Shown: positions 13,211 through 26,082 of the stretch, piece after piece | How positions within the stretch are numbered: position 1 is the first letter of the stretch | How the letters are laid out: each line of letters opens with the position of its first letter | Translations under genes and position numbers: made by a program | Notes under the pieces: generated by a model | What the model was told of the DNA's origin: nothing | Seen by the model: only the letters and a program-made list of their open reading frames with translations | The model's database searches: none | NCBI GenBank assembly: GCA_964106645.2 | Contig: OZ067043.1 | Length of the DNA: 64,000 nt | DNA from: Podarcis pityusensis | Taxonomy: Eukaryota | Strand: one strand, 5' to 3'

Positions 13211-13470
13211 CGGGTCAGCAACCTAAGGCCCATGGGCCGGAAGTGGCCCGTGGAGGTCATTTGACCAGCCCACGAGCTGCCCCCGAACCGAGCTGCCCGC
13301 TCACAGCTGCGCTAAACCAGCGCAGCGCGGGGACTCGCTTCCGCAGCGCTGGAAATTGCATCTGTGCAGACGTAAACGCCGGAAATCGCGTCTGTGCACA
13401 TGATCCAGCCCACGGAGGGATCTTCATGGGACCGATCCAGGCCAGGCAAGATAAACATTGCCAACCCCTG
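13211..13470. mobile_element. hAT-type MITE, CpG rich
   Basis: Right end TTGCCAACCCCTG, degenerate left end CGGGTCAGCAACC, GGCCC subterminal motifs, 8-bp TSD TCCTAAAA/TTCTAAAA. Confidence 0.8.
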
Positions 13471-16400
13471 TTCTAAAACTAAATAGAATGGATACTATGT
13501 TCTTTTCTCTCCATCCCTTCACTTCAAAGTCGAAACACTTAACTAGTGCATTCTGTAGCTCAGGGCAAGTGTAATGTTTGAAAGGGTTCCTTTTACTTGG
13601 GATTCTTGCCTCCCGTGTGAGTCATGTTCACGATACCACTACCCCTCGAGGGTTTGCCAGCCTGTCTGTTCCTGAGTATAACTTTGTTCTGAATGTTTGT
13701 GAATGTATGCTCCAAGTGTTGAATTTGGTTTTGTGTACTTCAACTGAATATGTCCGTGTTGCTCTTTTTTTTTTAATAGGTCAACTAACACAGGGCAGCT
13801 CAAATATCTCTCATAAACTTTTCAAACCAGTGACAAAGATTTCTTTGTTAGGCTCCAGATATATCTAGGACAAATCAGATGAAAACAGCCACTCGGATTA
13901 ATTTGTAAGGAGTGGCACAGGACTGTTTCCTCTGTTCTGTGTAGGAGAGCCACTGTGAAAAACTCCTTACAAATGGAATTTTTAAACAGGGAAAGTTAAC
14001 ATTTACATCTTATATGTGAAAACTGCATATCTAACCACAGGGAGGGATCTTCCTATTTCATAATTTATAAGCTTCAATGAGTGGTAACAAGGAAATACTT
14101 CCACCATAAGGAGAGGCATGGTATAAATTGTAAAAACAGACATAATCCACATTTTTAAAAAGTCAATTGAAAAAAGCATTGGGGCTTTTGCAAATCCATG
14201 AATGCTTTAAAAGTATGGAAATTGTGAGTTGGAAATTGTGTGCCAGGAAATAAGTTGTACATTCTAACATATTGTGTTGTCTCCCACCTTAGCCTTCATA
14301 CCTACCACAGCTTGCTTGGGTCCTTTAGCACCAATCCTCTTCTGCTGCAGTTTGAGGGCAACACTGGTGCCATGTTCATGTTTAAAAGTTTGGATAAATG
14401 TTTAAATTCAGGAATTTCTAGTGAAATGAATTGCTTTAAAACTAATGACAGTTTTTTGTGAAATAAATCCTATTGTCTTACTATGTAGAATAATGGCACC
14501 AGGAAGAATAAGTAGAAAGGCTATAGGAAATGGGTTCTGTTTCTACTGTAGTATTTAATGGCTGCCAGTAAGAAACACATCTGCACAGTAATCTAAATGC
14601 TGATTTACTTCGTTGGGAGCTCTAGAAAGGAAAGGCAGTCTAGATAGAATTATACACAGCCATCCCCTCTGTGTGACACAGGAAGTTAAAATCCATACCA
14701 AGTGGACTAACTGCAGGTTCCAGAATAAAATTTGCCACCATACAATTGCAGTAATTATGTCAGGCAGGCCAGACTAATCAAGAAGCAAGAATTAACCAGT
14801 TGGAATGAGATTTGAGCACTATCCCAGACTCCACTTTACGATATAAGTGGCAGCTTTATGTAAGCCTCCAAATCTTAACGAACTGAAAAATGGACCTTTG
14901 TAAACAAACGCCTCATTCATCAGATGCAAAAAGATGGCTGACGGTTTGTCAGGCAGGTTCTCTTGCATTGATAAGAAGAAGGTTTGATATTTAAAGATTC
15001 TGTTTGTTGTGTGGTGTACATAGCCTATCTTTCACAGTGTATTCATTAATCAAATATGTGATCTGATAGAAAGTGTGATGGAAGATGGAAATATTTTTAA
15101 CAGGGCTGGCACCTACAAAGTTATTCATAAATAGAAATAGAGTAATACTAACGTTCCTTTATCCACTTGTGCAATTAGTTTTACACATTTTAATGACCAC
15201 CATGAGCCAACATTTTGAGTCTGAATTAAGTCTATTGAAATTTAGTGTGGCCTTAGAATACACTGAAAACTGTTGTGGAGAGTGACGGTTAAGTTTTAAA
15301 TAAAAGATAAAATAATTTAAACCTGAACATTAGTTGAACCCAATCATAACAATGTTGTATCTCCTCTGAAAATATCAATATATTCTATGCATATTTATTG
15401 AGAACTGTGTTAGACCTTACTCATAGAGATGTGCAGGAGGCATCTAGCTAGGTAAAGGAAATGAACAACTTAAATTTCAGTCTTGGTCTTCAGGATAATA
15501 ATGCATTTTGTAAAATTAATAGAATTTATTGTCGAATTCTGTAATTTCAAATCTGGTTTGAAGAGCAACAACTATTATATACCACCAGTACCAAACATAT
15601 TAGAATTAAGAAAATAAAACAACACAACAGCAATCCCTTAAAATTAATTATCGGACTCTTAAATCCATTATCAGTGAAAGAACTTATAAAAGAGTTATTG
15701 TGTCAGGATTCTCTCACATCTGTAGGAACTCTGTGGCTCCAGCCCTTCCTTCATTTCAGTTAATACTCTTGCATGTGGGGCATTTAACTTTACCAATAGT
15801 ATAGTAAGTTCCATTTAGGGAGGGGAGCCCAGTATGAGTAGCAAATAAGAAAGTTAGCAAAAAAATTAAAAGTTTTAAAAGGTTCTACAAGAGAATCCAG
15901 TACTTTCAAAAGAGATGATTTTGCAGGACTAATCCATAGTTAAAACATCCCAAGTTTTGTTGGACTACTAGTCTGTTGACTTCATTTTTGTCCTAATTTT
16001 TATATTGCCACGTTACAGTTTTGTATTTAACGATCATACTGATATAATCTAAATGTATAGAGGCATCATTCTTTTTAATGCTATAATTAGGAGCACTGTC
16101 CCTATCAGTTTGGTAGAGGAATGGGACAGCCCACATTACTGTACAGTAGTGATTACTGAATGGCTCTGATGCCCCTGGTATGCAGACATACTAGTTTATA
16201 AATTGAGGGGTGAAACTAAAATAGCTGAAGTACTGAGGTATGTTCAGTGGCCTCTAGGAACCAGGAGATGCTGAGAATAATTGTGTGTAGTTGGAGTAGG
16301 AGGTGAGAAGAAAACTGGGGAGAGGTGGATTGGCCTGCTCAAGCCCCTAACAACAACTTGTGTCCTGGAGGTGTAGATTCTGGCGGGGAATCAATAAAGC

Positions 16401-17578
16401 ACTTGAACAGTAGGGGAAAGTTTCATTAGGGTGGGAGAGACAAAAGGTGTCCTCTTTGTCTCTCGTCTCTCTGTCCCTCCGCTCCAGGTTTTCTGGAATC
16501 CTGTTAGGAGCTGAGGATACGGAACAGCTTTTTGTTGCACATCCCACTCATATTTCTGTATTTAAGAATTATTTTCCCATTGATATATGCACCTCTGTTA
16601 TAAACTTAAGCTTTTGATTCTCTTCAGATTAACTAGTTGGTATCCAAGTGGCAATACTAAACTGCTTTTCAGAACTTATGTCAGTTTCATAGTACAGTAT
16701 CTGAATTTTCATTCTCCTTCTATCCTTTTATTCAGCGAGCTGCTCCCAGTTGTTTTAGAATGGTTTTTCCCTTATCTGTGTAAAAGAAAGTTACCTCCCT
16801 GTCTGCATCTAGTGTTGCACATATCTCATTTCAGCAGCTACTTATGTTCTAACTATTAAGTTCAAGACCAACATCCTGTCTGGGAGCACAAAACGTTATC
16901 CACAATTGGGAATATTTTACATTCATAGGAAATGCTGCATTCTGTATCTCATTATTGTAACACATTTTTAAAAAACATTTTGTTAATTAGCCATTCCTGC
17001 CATATGTGAATGTCTGCTCTTCTTTTAGAGCCACTCAAGTATTTTCTGAAGTGCTTCCTTTTTCATTTTTATCATTTATCATATATAAACCGTCTTGAAA
17101 TTCTTCTCCTTAAAACCTTTCGATGAATGTATGCCGATCTAGCAGGATAAGCCCATAGTTTAAAGCAGTTTCTTTTTTAATACATCAATGATTCAGATGT
17201 AGGTGTGCATCCCTGTCTAGGACCATTTGTTATATGTGACTGTTGCAGGCAAATAATCTGTAGATTAGAGGCAATATGTATTAAAGCCCCTATCTGTATA
17301 TTCTTGTTGCCTTTTTAAAGCTTCAAATTTGTTGCTGGTTTCATCTGTCTTTGTTCAACCTTATTTTAAAAAGTCTTGACAACTCTAGGTAGGCCTTTTT
17401 CAATTCTTCCAGCAAGCAAGCCTTCACATTTTGTTCACTTTCCGGTCCATTTACAGATTCTAACACCTTTCCAGCAAGAAAATATTATTAGAGAAAAGGA
17501 AATTGTGGTTATTCTACTTGCAAATATCACTAAAAGCTATTTTGATGTTTTGAAAATATATTTAATAGTGCATTCTTT

Positions 17579-17636
17579 TTCCATTAGGTATAATTTCAAA
17601 GACCTGCGTTCCATTAGGTATAATTTCAAAGACCTG
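17579..17636. repeat. Tandem duplication, 28-bp unit with 30-bp period
   Basis: TTCCATTAGGTATAATTTCAAAGACCTG at 17579-17606 and 17609-17636, identical. Confidence 0.95.
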
Positions 17637-17779
17637 GAATAAATTACAGAATAATATATAAAATGAGATATCTCTGGATGGGAGATTCCTTAACTTCTAG
17701 TTAACTGATTTTTGACCATTAGATCCCTGCTAATTTTGTTATGCCTGATTTTCTTAATAGAAAATAAGCCAAGGGCATA

Positions 17780-18129
17780 CAGTGGTGCCTCGCAAGACGA
17801 AATTAATTTGTTCTGCGAGTTTTGTCGTCTTGCGTTTTTTTTCGTCTTGCGAAGCACGGTGTCGGGAAAGTTTTGGAAAAGCTTCAAAAATCACCAAAGT
17901 CTTTAAAAACCTCAAAAAAGGCTACCACACCGCGTTCTATGAGTTGCTCCTTGAAGTCAAGTCGCAACTGTATTAATGGTGTTAAGAAAAAGGAAACAAA
18001 CTTGCAAGACGTTTCCGTCTTGTGAAGCAAGCCCATAGCGAAAATCGTCTTGCGAAGCAGCTCAAAAAACAAAAAACCCTTTCGTCTAGCGAGTTTTTTG
18101 TCTTGCAAGGCATTCGTCTTGCGAGGTAC
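17780..18129. mobile_element. Tc1/mariner (Tigger-like) MITE, right TIR clipped
   Basis: TA+CAGTGGTGCCTCGCAAGACGAA left TIR, many TCGTCTTGCG subrepeats; same family as 34578-34874. Confidence 0.88.
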
Positions 18130-18136
18130 TTAAGAC

Positions 18137-18290
18137 TAGGCCCGTGCAGAGTGGGGGGCAGCCAGCTTCACTTGCCCTGGGCCTCAGAGGCCTAAGCCGG
18201 CCACAGACCGGCTGCTTTTTCGTTTGAGTTCATAGCTTTATTCTAACAAAACTCCGGTCCTGGGCCTCAGACAAGCTCTGTGTGGGCTTG
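18137..18290. mobile_element. hAT-type MITE
   Basis: Imperfect TIRs TAGGCCCGTGCAGAG / CTCTGTGTGGGCTTG with 8-bp TSD CTTAAGAC/CCTAAGAC. Confidence 0.68.
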
Positions 18291-19013
18291 CCTAAGACCC
18301 AATATAGTTATGCAACATTTAGCTTCTAATACATTAATAATTGTGGGGTTTCATTATGTAATTCATATAAATTCAACCAAGGAATCATTGATGTGTCCTT
18401 CCATGTGGGAAAATGTGATGCTCTCGGATAGCCCTTCATTGCCCTGCTTTTCTTCCAAGCTAGTTTTGACCTGCCATCCAGTAAGCTTTTAGTTTCTGAT
18501 CCCATCCACCCTGGGACAGAAAAAAAAAGCTCCTCTGAAGCCTGATGTTCTATGTTCTTCTCCAGAACCTTTTCAGGATATCTGCAAAGAACTGGAATGG
18601 ATCATTGCTCCTATGGTGAGTTGGGACACCCCCTTGTACTTCAGCTGGCCAGATCTGTTTCTTACTCCTTAAGAATGCAGGACCCAATTAATAGAAAGTT
18701 TTGACTCAAAGGAAAGCTTAGAAAGCTTGCATGGAATAAGGAGAATAAGTAAATTACAAGAGAAAATGGAATGAGAGCAAGCACACTGCACTTTCTGTGT
18801 TCTCTTCTAATGGCCTTTGCTGTGTGCTGCTTCAAGATGCAAAAGCCAAGCCTCAACCCCAGGCACTTTTTGTTTTGCCATGGGCTGAGCCTTGTGCCTT
18901 CTCCTGTCCATGTGTTAGTCGCACAGCATACATTTCTACTGTTTCAGAATAGCCCTGTCTTCCTCTCTTTTTTGCGTCATTTCAGCACTCAGCAGAGTGA
19001 AACCAGCTGAGTA

Positions 19014-19247
19014 CAGTGGTACCTCGGGTTAAGTACTTAATTCGTTCTGGAGGTCCGTTCTTAACCTGAAACTGTTCTTAACCTGAAGCACCACTTTAGC
19101 TAACGGGAACTCCCGCTGCCGCTGCGCCATGCAATTTCTGTCTCATCCTGAAGCAAAGTTCTTAACCCGAGGTACTATTCTGGGTTAGCGGAGTCTGTAA
19201 CCTGAAGCATCTGTAACCTGAAGCATATGTAACCCGAGGTACCACTG
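19014..19247. mobile_element. Tc1/mariner (Tigger-like) MITE
   Basis: TA TSD; TIRs CAGTGGTACCTCGGGTTA / TAACCCGAGGTACCACTG; TAACCTGAA subrepeats; same family as 43544-43786 in opposite orientation. Confidence 0.92.
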
Positions 19248-20049
19248 TATTAGCTTGGTCGCTGGACATCCATGCATACATTGGATTCTCTTGGAAGAGG
19301 AAGGAACTAGTTTTACCCAGTCAATACAAATGTGAATCTTCCTTGCCTATTATGAGTTGTGGACTGACCAATCGACTATTGGGAGACAGACTATCCAGCT
19401 GCTGTTTCTAAATATGTATACATGTGCACAAAGATGTGTGAGAGATTCATGCATACAGGAAGAATGTCATGGGCATAGAATCATGAAGTAAGGCTGACCT
19501 ATCTAGAGTAAGATGAAATGATTGAAACATTGCGCTAAGGAAATTACGTTTGGCAGGCATCAAGACCAAAATGTAATAACGGACTTTTGAACATTTTGCT
19601 TTAAAGAATTAGACTACCAGGATTGCATGTTTTATCTTTAAGTCTGTCAAAGGTTTTAGCTCTGATGATTTTAGCTCAAAATGATTAATATTATTATTTT
19701 TAACAATTTGGGGGCATTTGACTCAACAGCTACCTTCTGTGTGCCCTCTAAACCTGTTCTAGGGGTTTCTCCAACCCTGCAGAATGGATTTGCTCAGCGG
19801 GGAACATGCAGGAAGGGGAAAGAGAAGTTCCATTGAGCAAGGAGAAATTTGTTCACTTACAGAATGAGCTAATTGAATGCTGCTCTGTAGACATTGTGTT
19901 TAAATATAAATCTGCTTGATTAATCAGGCATCTTTGATTCAGTCTCTGATTATTTTTTAATCTATTAAGCGTTGTAGCCCTAGAGATTATTATTTTCCTC
20001 TGAAGCCACTGCTGCATGCCTAAACATTGATTTTTTTAAAAAAAGTTCA

Positions 20050-20599
20050 CTGCACTGGCTCCCGGTAGAGTACAGGGTTAGATTTAAGGAGCTGCTTTTG
20101 ACCTTTAAAGCCCTTCACGGCCTAGGACCCTCGTACCTACGGGACCGCCTCTCCCGATATGCCCCACGGAGAGCCTCAAGGTCCATAAACAGCAACACCC
20201 TAGTGGTCCCGGGCCCTAAGGAAGCTAGATTGGCTTCAACTAGAGCCAGGGCCTTTTCAACTCTGGCTCCGGCTTGGTGGAACGCTCTGCCTCATGAGAC
20301 CAGGGCCCTGCAGGATCTGATTTCTTTCCGCAGGGCCTGTAAGACAGAGTTGTTCCGCCTGGCCTTTGGCTTGGAGCCAATTTGATTCCCTCCCTCTCTT
20401 TCTTTTTTCCTTTCCTTCTCCTCCTGCGATGAGGCTACGTTTTAATATTTTAATGTTTCAATATTTTAATGATTTATTTTAATTTTGTTTTTAAGTTGTA
20501 ATCATTCAACTTGTTTTTATTATTGCTTGTAAGCCGCTCTGAGCCTGGCCTTGGCTGGGGAGAGCGGGGTATAAAAAATTATTATTATTATTATTATTA
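20050..20599 (+). mobile_element. L2 (CR1/L2 group) LINE 3' fragment with (ATT)n tail
   Basis: Open frame LHWLPVEYRVRFK..LTFKALHGLGPSYLRDRL...RAFSTLAPAWWNALP...FRRACKTELF (ORF2 C-terminus, stop 20385), T-rich 3' UTR, terminal stem-loop region and ATT microsatellite tail. Confidence 0.88.
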
Positions 20600-23130
20600 A
20601 TGTACATACTGAATTTGATACCTCAAAATCATGTTTAAATGTGTTTATTGACGTACTTCCCTTCAGTGAAATGAAGGAAATCAAAGAGGTCAGTTGCAAA
20701 AATGAGCTTCCAGCTTGGAGGGTTTATTGTTAAAGGTGAACCTTCTTGCATGACATCTCTGCTGCCTTCTGTGAGGAGCTGCAGACACTAGAAGGAAATC
20801 ACAGATAAAGGCTATCTAGCAGAAAAATACCCAGCAGCAAGGCATTAACTGTTGCCTAAGCAAGATTAGTTGTTCTTATTAGTTGAGACATATCTTTTCT
20901 AACTTTTCCCTCCTTTATGTCTCCTAGAGACAGCATTGGTTTCCTCCTTTGTTTACTGCCATCAGCGTGAGTCATCTCGCATGCTGAATGTTGATTTGCA
21001 CATCCAATTTTACTCTTTTAACTTGCACTCTTGTCTGACCACATCAGTTTTTGTGTTTCCATGCTTGGGAGTCCCATGACAGTCATAACAGGCAAACCAA
21101 TGTTAAATGTTTGTTTTGGGAGTAACAGAAAGGGAATTTGGGAGGATCTAGCAATACATGGAATAGCTGAAACTTGCTAGGATTTTTTTTTATTAAAAAA
21201 ATATTAAGCCTAGTAGTGAATTAGTAGTGGCTTTATAACTTTTATCATAATTCCTCTGTCAGCTGTTGACAGATCTTGCTCATGCCTTGGCTACAGCTTT
21301 GGCAGTTTTGTGTGGGAATCTAAACGTTTGCTGTTTAATTGATATTGAAAAGATTAATGTGCCAGACCCCATGAGTGCTTAAAACAACTTTCCCTCTAAG
21401 ATGCCTCTTGATTTTCCTCATGCCTTTACCAAGTCATCTGCCTAGTTAAGTTTCCATAATGGTAATTTAAGGCTGCAAGGCTGGCCTAAGAAGTGATGAT
21501 GATATTTGAAGCAGCAGTTCCCTCAGAAGGACATTTAGGGCACAAGGATGTCAATTTTGTACAAATGTACTTGTACTTGTGGATACTTGGCCATAACTGA
21601 CATAATTTGTGTATAACTGATAGCATAGATCTTATTTTTAACATATTTATTATTACTTGGCTCTCTATCCAGAATATCGAACATACTTCAAATTAGATGC
21701 TGTGACAAGCTAGAAAAATACCTAACATGCTCCTGGTTTCTTCTGGGAAGCATATTGGAGGTGCTGAGTGTGCCTAGGATTGTGTATAATGAATTGCTGG
21801 GTCTGATGTAAAATAATACTGTATATCTTAAAGCTCAAGCAGATATTAACTGACTCAGGAAGGGTATCTCAGAAGCTATTACAGCATTTAACTGTTCATG
21901 TACTTATAAAAAATATCCGGATCAAAGGAGCACAAGGCAATTTACAGAATATCAAATGCATGGTGTAAAGAGCTTAATTGAATGGGAGTCATCGGAGGGG
22001 ATTTCAAAAGTTATGGACTTGGCAAGTGCTTGAATTCAAGGAGGGGCTAAGGCCTAATTCTCACTTAAATATCTCTTAATTTTTCTCTTGGCTTTACCAC
22101 ATCATCTGCCTAGTTAAATTTCCATAACCATAAACCTATGTCACAATTGTACCAGTTCAGAATGCACATGACTGCTTAGACTGATGCTTCTCTGTACAGA
22201 AACTTCCCTCTGTTTAGAAAAGTAGATGTTTGGGAGAATGTGTTGCGGAAAAGCCTTCCATTATGAGCCTGTATCCTGCAGTCTGAAGTGGTGTAGAGTT
22301 GTGGAATATATGCAGGTTTATGGCCTCATTAAAATCTAGGCCTAACTATCTGGCACACTGAGAGTATAAAACACTGATCAGTTGCTTCGCTGGATAGCCT
22401 TCTAGGCAGTAGTTCCTGATTGGCTAAGTACTGTGGACCCCGTTTTTCAAAAGCCAAACCATGGACCCTCCTACTTTTGAAAGTTTTGATATCTGTGTGA
22501 TAGTTTTTGTTATGTGAGTGGTGCCACAGACCACCTGGGTAGGTTATGCAGACTCCCAGGGGTCCAGGGACCACCAGTTGGGAACCACTGTTCTAGAAGA
22601 ATTAGGTCACATTCTTGTTGCTGGTTTCCTGTTTGCTGTGTGTACATTGCCAGGGGGTGGGTGGGGGTGGAGTGGTATTTCCTACTATACTGTGCTTACA
22701 CTTGTTTAAAAAACAAAAGATAAAACCCATAGGAATGAAAAAAGGGCCTTTTGCACATAGGGTTTTAAAAATTGCCCCCAAACCATCTTACTGACCCAAG
22801 TGCCCTCCAACTGTTTTTGGGTTATGTAATTTACCATCCCTGATAATTGGCCATGAGATCTGGGAGTCCAAAACATATTGAGGGCACTAGATTTGGGAAA
22901 GGCAGCCCTGAAAACATTATTTTTTCTTCTTCTCATTTAGAAGCATTTTCTGAATTTCTTCATTAAAAACAAAAGGAAATATGTAAGTGGTTTGTGTCTT
23001 TCTCCAATTCCACTTGAATGCTGGTAGGGGAGGTTTCTTGTTGTAGATGAAGAATGGGTGGAGTGTCACCTGCAAAGCTCGGGTTGCTACAGCCTTAATG
23101 TTAAAATCCTATTGCTTTTGCTGCCTATAG

Positions 23131-23794
23131 GAAGTGGACATTGTGGTAGCTCCTTGTCGGGGATTCCAGTCAGCCGAAGTCACTTTGGGAGAATACGTGA
23201 ACCATTTCCTTCCAGTCATCACGTTTGCTATCAGTGAGGCAGAACTCTCCACGCTGGATGTGAATGAACTGCAGGAGATTAAAGAGAAATTCTCTCTGCC
23301 CGTCTTCTTTTTCAAAGTGCCAAATTTGGGTGCTGAACTGATATCCCCTCAGAATGCGGAGAATGAAAAGTCGTCCCTTTACCGGCAGCTGCTGGATTTA
23401 GGCTACCTTAGTACGAACCATTGCAGCTGTGGAGCTCCCAGCTCTGATGCCAAAGCCCAGAGCATGCTGGTGGAACAATCGGATAAGATCCGTCTTCTTA
23501 GCACTTTCTCCAGGCAGGTGCTGCAGCAGCGCTTGGTGGATGCAGCGACCATCTTGAACCTAGTCCACTGCCGTTGCCTGGACATTTTCATCAACCAGGC
23601 CTTTGATATGCAACGAGACCTTCAGATCACTCCAAAGCGTCTAGAGTACACACGGAAAAAAGAGAACGAGCTGTATGAATCTCTGATGCTCATAGCTAAT
23701 CGCAAACAAGAGGAGATGAAGGACATGATCATTGAGACTCTCAATAACATGAAAGAAGAACTGCTGGAAGATGCTGCTAATATGGAATTCAAAG
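23131..23794 (+). CDS. DSTYK: DSTYK exon 3 (664 nt)
   Basis: TATAG acceptor; EVDIVVAPC...[30 protein letters not shown]...MEFK; donor AAG|GTAATT. Confidence 0.97.
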
Positions 23795-24539
23795 GTAATT
23801 TCCGGAAAAACCAAAAGCCTTAAAATTGTTGTTGGACTCCAACTCCTATCAGTATTAGTCAGCATGGCCAGTGGTCAGAGACAATGAGGGGTTTAGTCCA
23901 ACAAGAACTGGAGGCTGTGGGTCAGCTACCTCTGTTTTCAACTTCTTTCACCTGCTGCGTGCATGCATTTCAATTCTGAGCAAGCTGTTGTATAGTGAAA
24001 TTCTTCCATCAGATTTCTCCCCCCCCCCAATCATCTGTAAAGAATGTCAGCATAGAGTAGCGTAATGTGTTTATCTAAAATGTCAAACTTTGCAGATATT
24101 TGTATCCAAGTGAACAAGATTGGATTGTCTTAAAAGCTTGTAAACATCTCTTGAATACAGTTTTATAACTGTAATCAAAAGTGTGACCCAACCTGGGTAT
24201 AAACACTTAAAACAGCACAATTTTATATATTTCTACTCAGAGGTGAATCCTGTTGCATTCAGTGGGGCTTATTCCCAGGTACATGGTATAAGATTATATC
24301 TTGTCACACTGAACTAAATTGGAAAGATGTAAGCCAATGCTTAGCTCCCCATTGACATCAAAGGATCAAAGTGATTAATTTATTGCAATATTTCAGAACC
24401 AATCCAGTCCAGCTAGTGAGGCTTTCATTGCACTTTAGTCATTAAGTTTACTTTACACTAGTTCTGGGTGGCTGCTAATATGCTAGAATTGTGAAATTAT
24501 GCATCTTTTCAATCTTGGATTTCCTTCTGTTCCCTCTAG

Positions 24540-24775
24540 ATATTATAGTTCCTGAAAATGGAGAGCCTATTAGTTCCAGAGATGTTAAATGTTGCATTAA
24601 GCAAATCCAAGAACTGATAATATCACGGTTAAACCAAGCAGTTGCCAACAAGTTGATAAATTCTGTGGACTATCTGCGGGAGAGCTTTGTGGGAACTCTG
24701 GAAAGATGTCTGAAGAGTCTGGAGAAATCTCAGCAAGATGTTACAGTACATATCACAAGCAACTATCTAAAGCAG
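24540..24775 (+). CDS. DSTYK: DSTYK exon 4 (236 nt)
   Basis: CTAG acceptor; [10 protein letters not shown]...[17 protein letters not shown]...NYLKQ; donor CAG|GTAAAA. Confidence 0.96.
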
Positions 24776-25077
24776 GTAAAAGTAACACAAAATTACTGAC
24801 CTGGTATTGCAGATCAGTTTCTAGAACGTTGGCTGTAGCCTGTAATCAGTGGTGACAAAGTGAATTGGTAAAATAATTTGATATCTTTTGTGTTATGGCG
24901 CCAAACAGATTTTTGCTTTAAGTTGTAATTTAAGGAAAGAATTTGAGCTCATTGCAATTCTTCCAGATTACAAATGAAGACACTTGCTTTTAAGGTATTA
25001 TATTAGTTTGCTTAATCTACCGAATAAGCAATTCCTTCAGTTTTCAGTGGCTTATTTTATATATTTTCTGCTTATAG

Positions 25078-25161
25078 ATACTGAATGCAGCCTACAATGT
25101 TGAGATCACCTTTCACTCCGGTTCAACAGTATCTAGAATGCTATGGGAACAAATCAAGCAG
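25078..25161 (+). CDS. DSTYK: DSTYK exon 5 (84 nt)
   Basis: [28 protein letters not shown] between AG and GTATTA. Confidence 0.95.
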
Positions 25162-25905
25162 GTATTAAATATTCTGATAGTAAAAGCTCTCTCTTAGTAA
25201 CTGTAATGGGACCTTATCTTTGGTAGATCTGCCTTTGTCTGTACCATCCTTTGAGTCTCTCTCTCCCTCAACTGACATGTTAGCAGCCATTCCAGCAAGC
25301 TGGAATAAGCAGGACTTATTCTATCAGCTCTGCTGAAATTCCAGATCCATAAAGAATCTCCATTCTAGTTGGTCATTACAAGAACTACTGTTTAAGAATT
25401 GGCACATGGTTTTGCTTTTTTCCTCCTCCTTTCCTCTTCCTTTTTCCTTGTATGTTGTATTTTTTTATGTATGCTGGTTTGTTTTTATAAACCTGCAGGC
25501 CATCCTGTTTAAACTGACTGAATGTCAGTGGCTTTGGGAGCATTTTCAGCTGAAGAATGTGGTAAAAATGCTGCAATATCACCCACATACCCATACCACA
25601 GTTGCAAACAAACAACTTGTATTCTCATTCTCTCATTCCCCATTATTCTGATTTTCTTGTTATTTGGCCTGTATGGTGGGTGACATCTAATGATGTCTAC
25701 CTGCTTGCACAGCAGAAATTTACTTACACAACTGGGTGTGCTGTTTCTATTCTTCTCTCACAACCCTCCTGTGAAGGTTTGGGGGGCACATGGCAAGTTG
25801 CTGGGGAGAGAAGAAATACCATCACATGCCCTACCTTGGGCAGGTGAAACTGAAAGTAGACTTTTTAATGCTTGAGTTTTGACAATGAGACATATGTCTT
25901 ATTAG

Positions 25906-26082
25906 ATAATACAGCGGATTACTTGGGTGAGCCCACCAGCTATCACCACAGAGTGGAAAAGGAAAGTAGCTCAGGATGCTATTGAGAGTCTCAGCGCATC
26001 AAGGCTGGCCAAGAGCATCTGTAGCCAGTTCCGAACAAGACTATACATTTCTCATGATGCTTTTGCAGCTTCCCTGCGACAG
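25906..26082 (+). CDS. DSTYK: DSTYK exon 6 (177 nt)
   Basis: [23 protein letters not shown]...AASLRQ; donor CAG|GTCAGT. Confidence 0.96.

Noticed and set aside
17782-17976. 64-aa ORF in a MITE as a transposase remnant
   Set aside because: Mostly translates TIR subrepeats; no DDE or HTH motif can be identified by eye.
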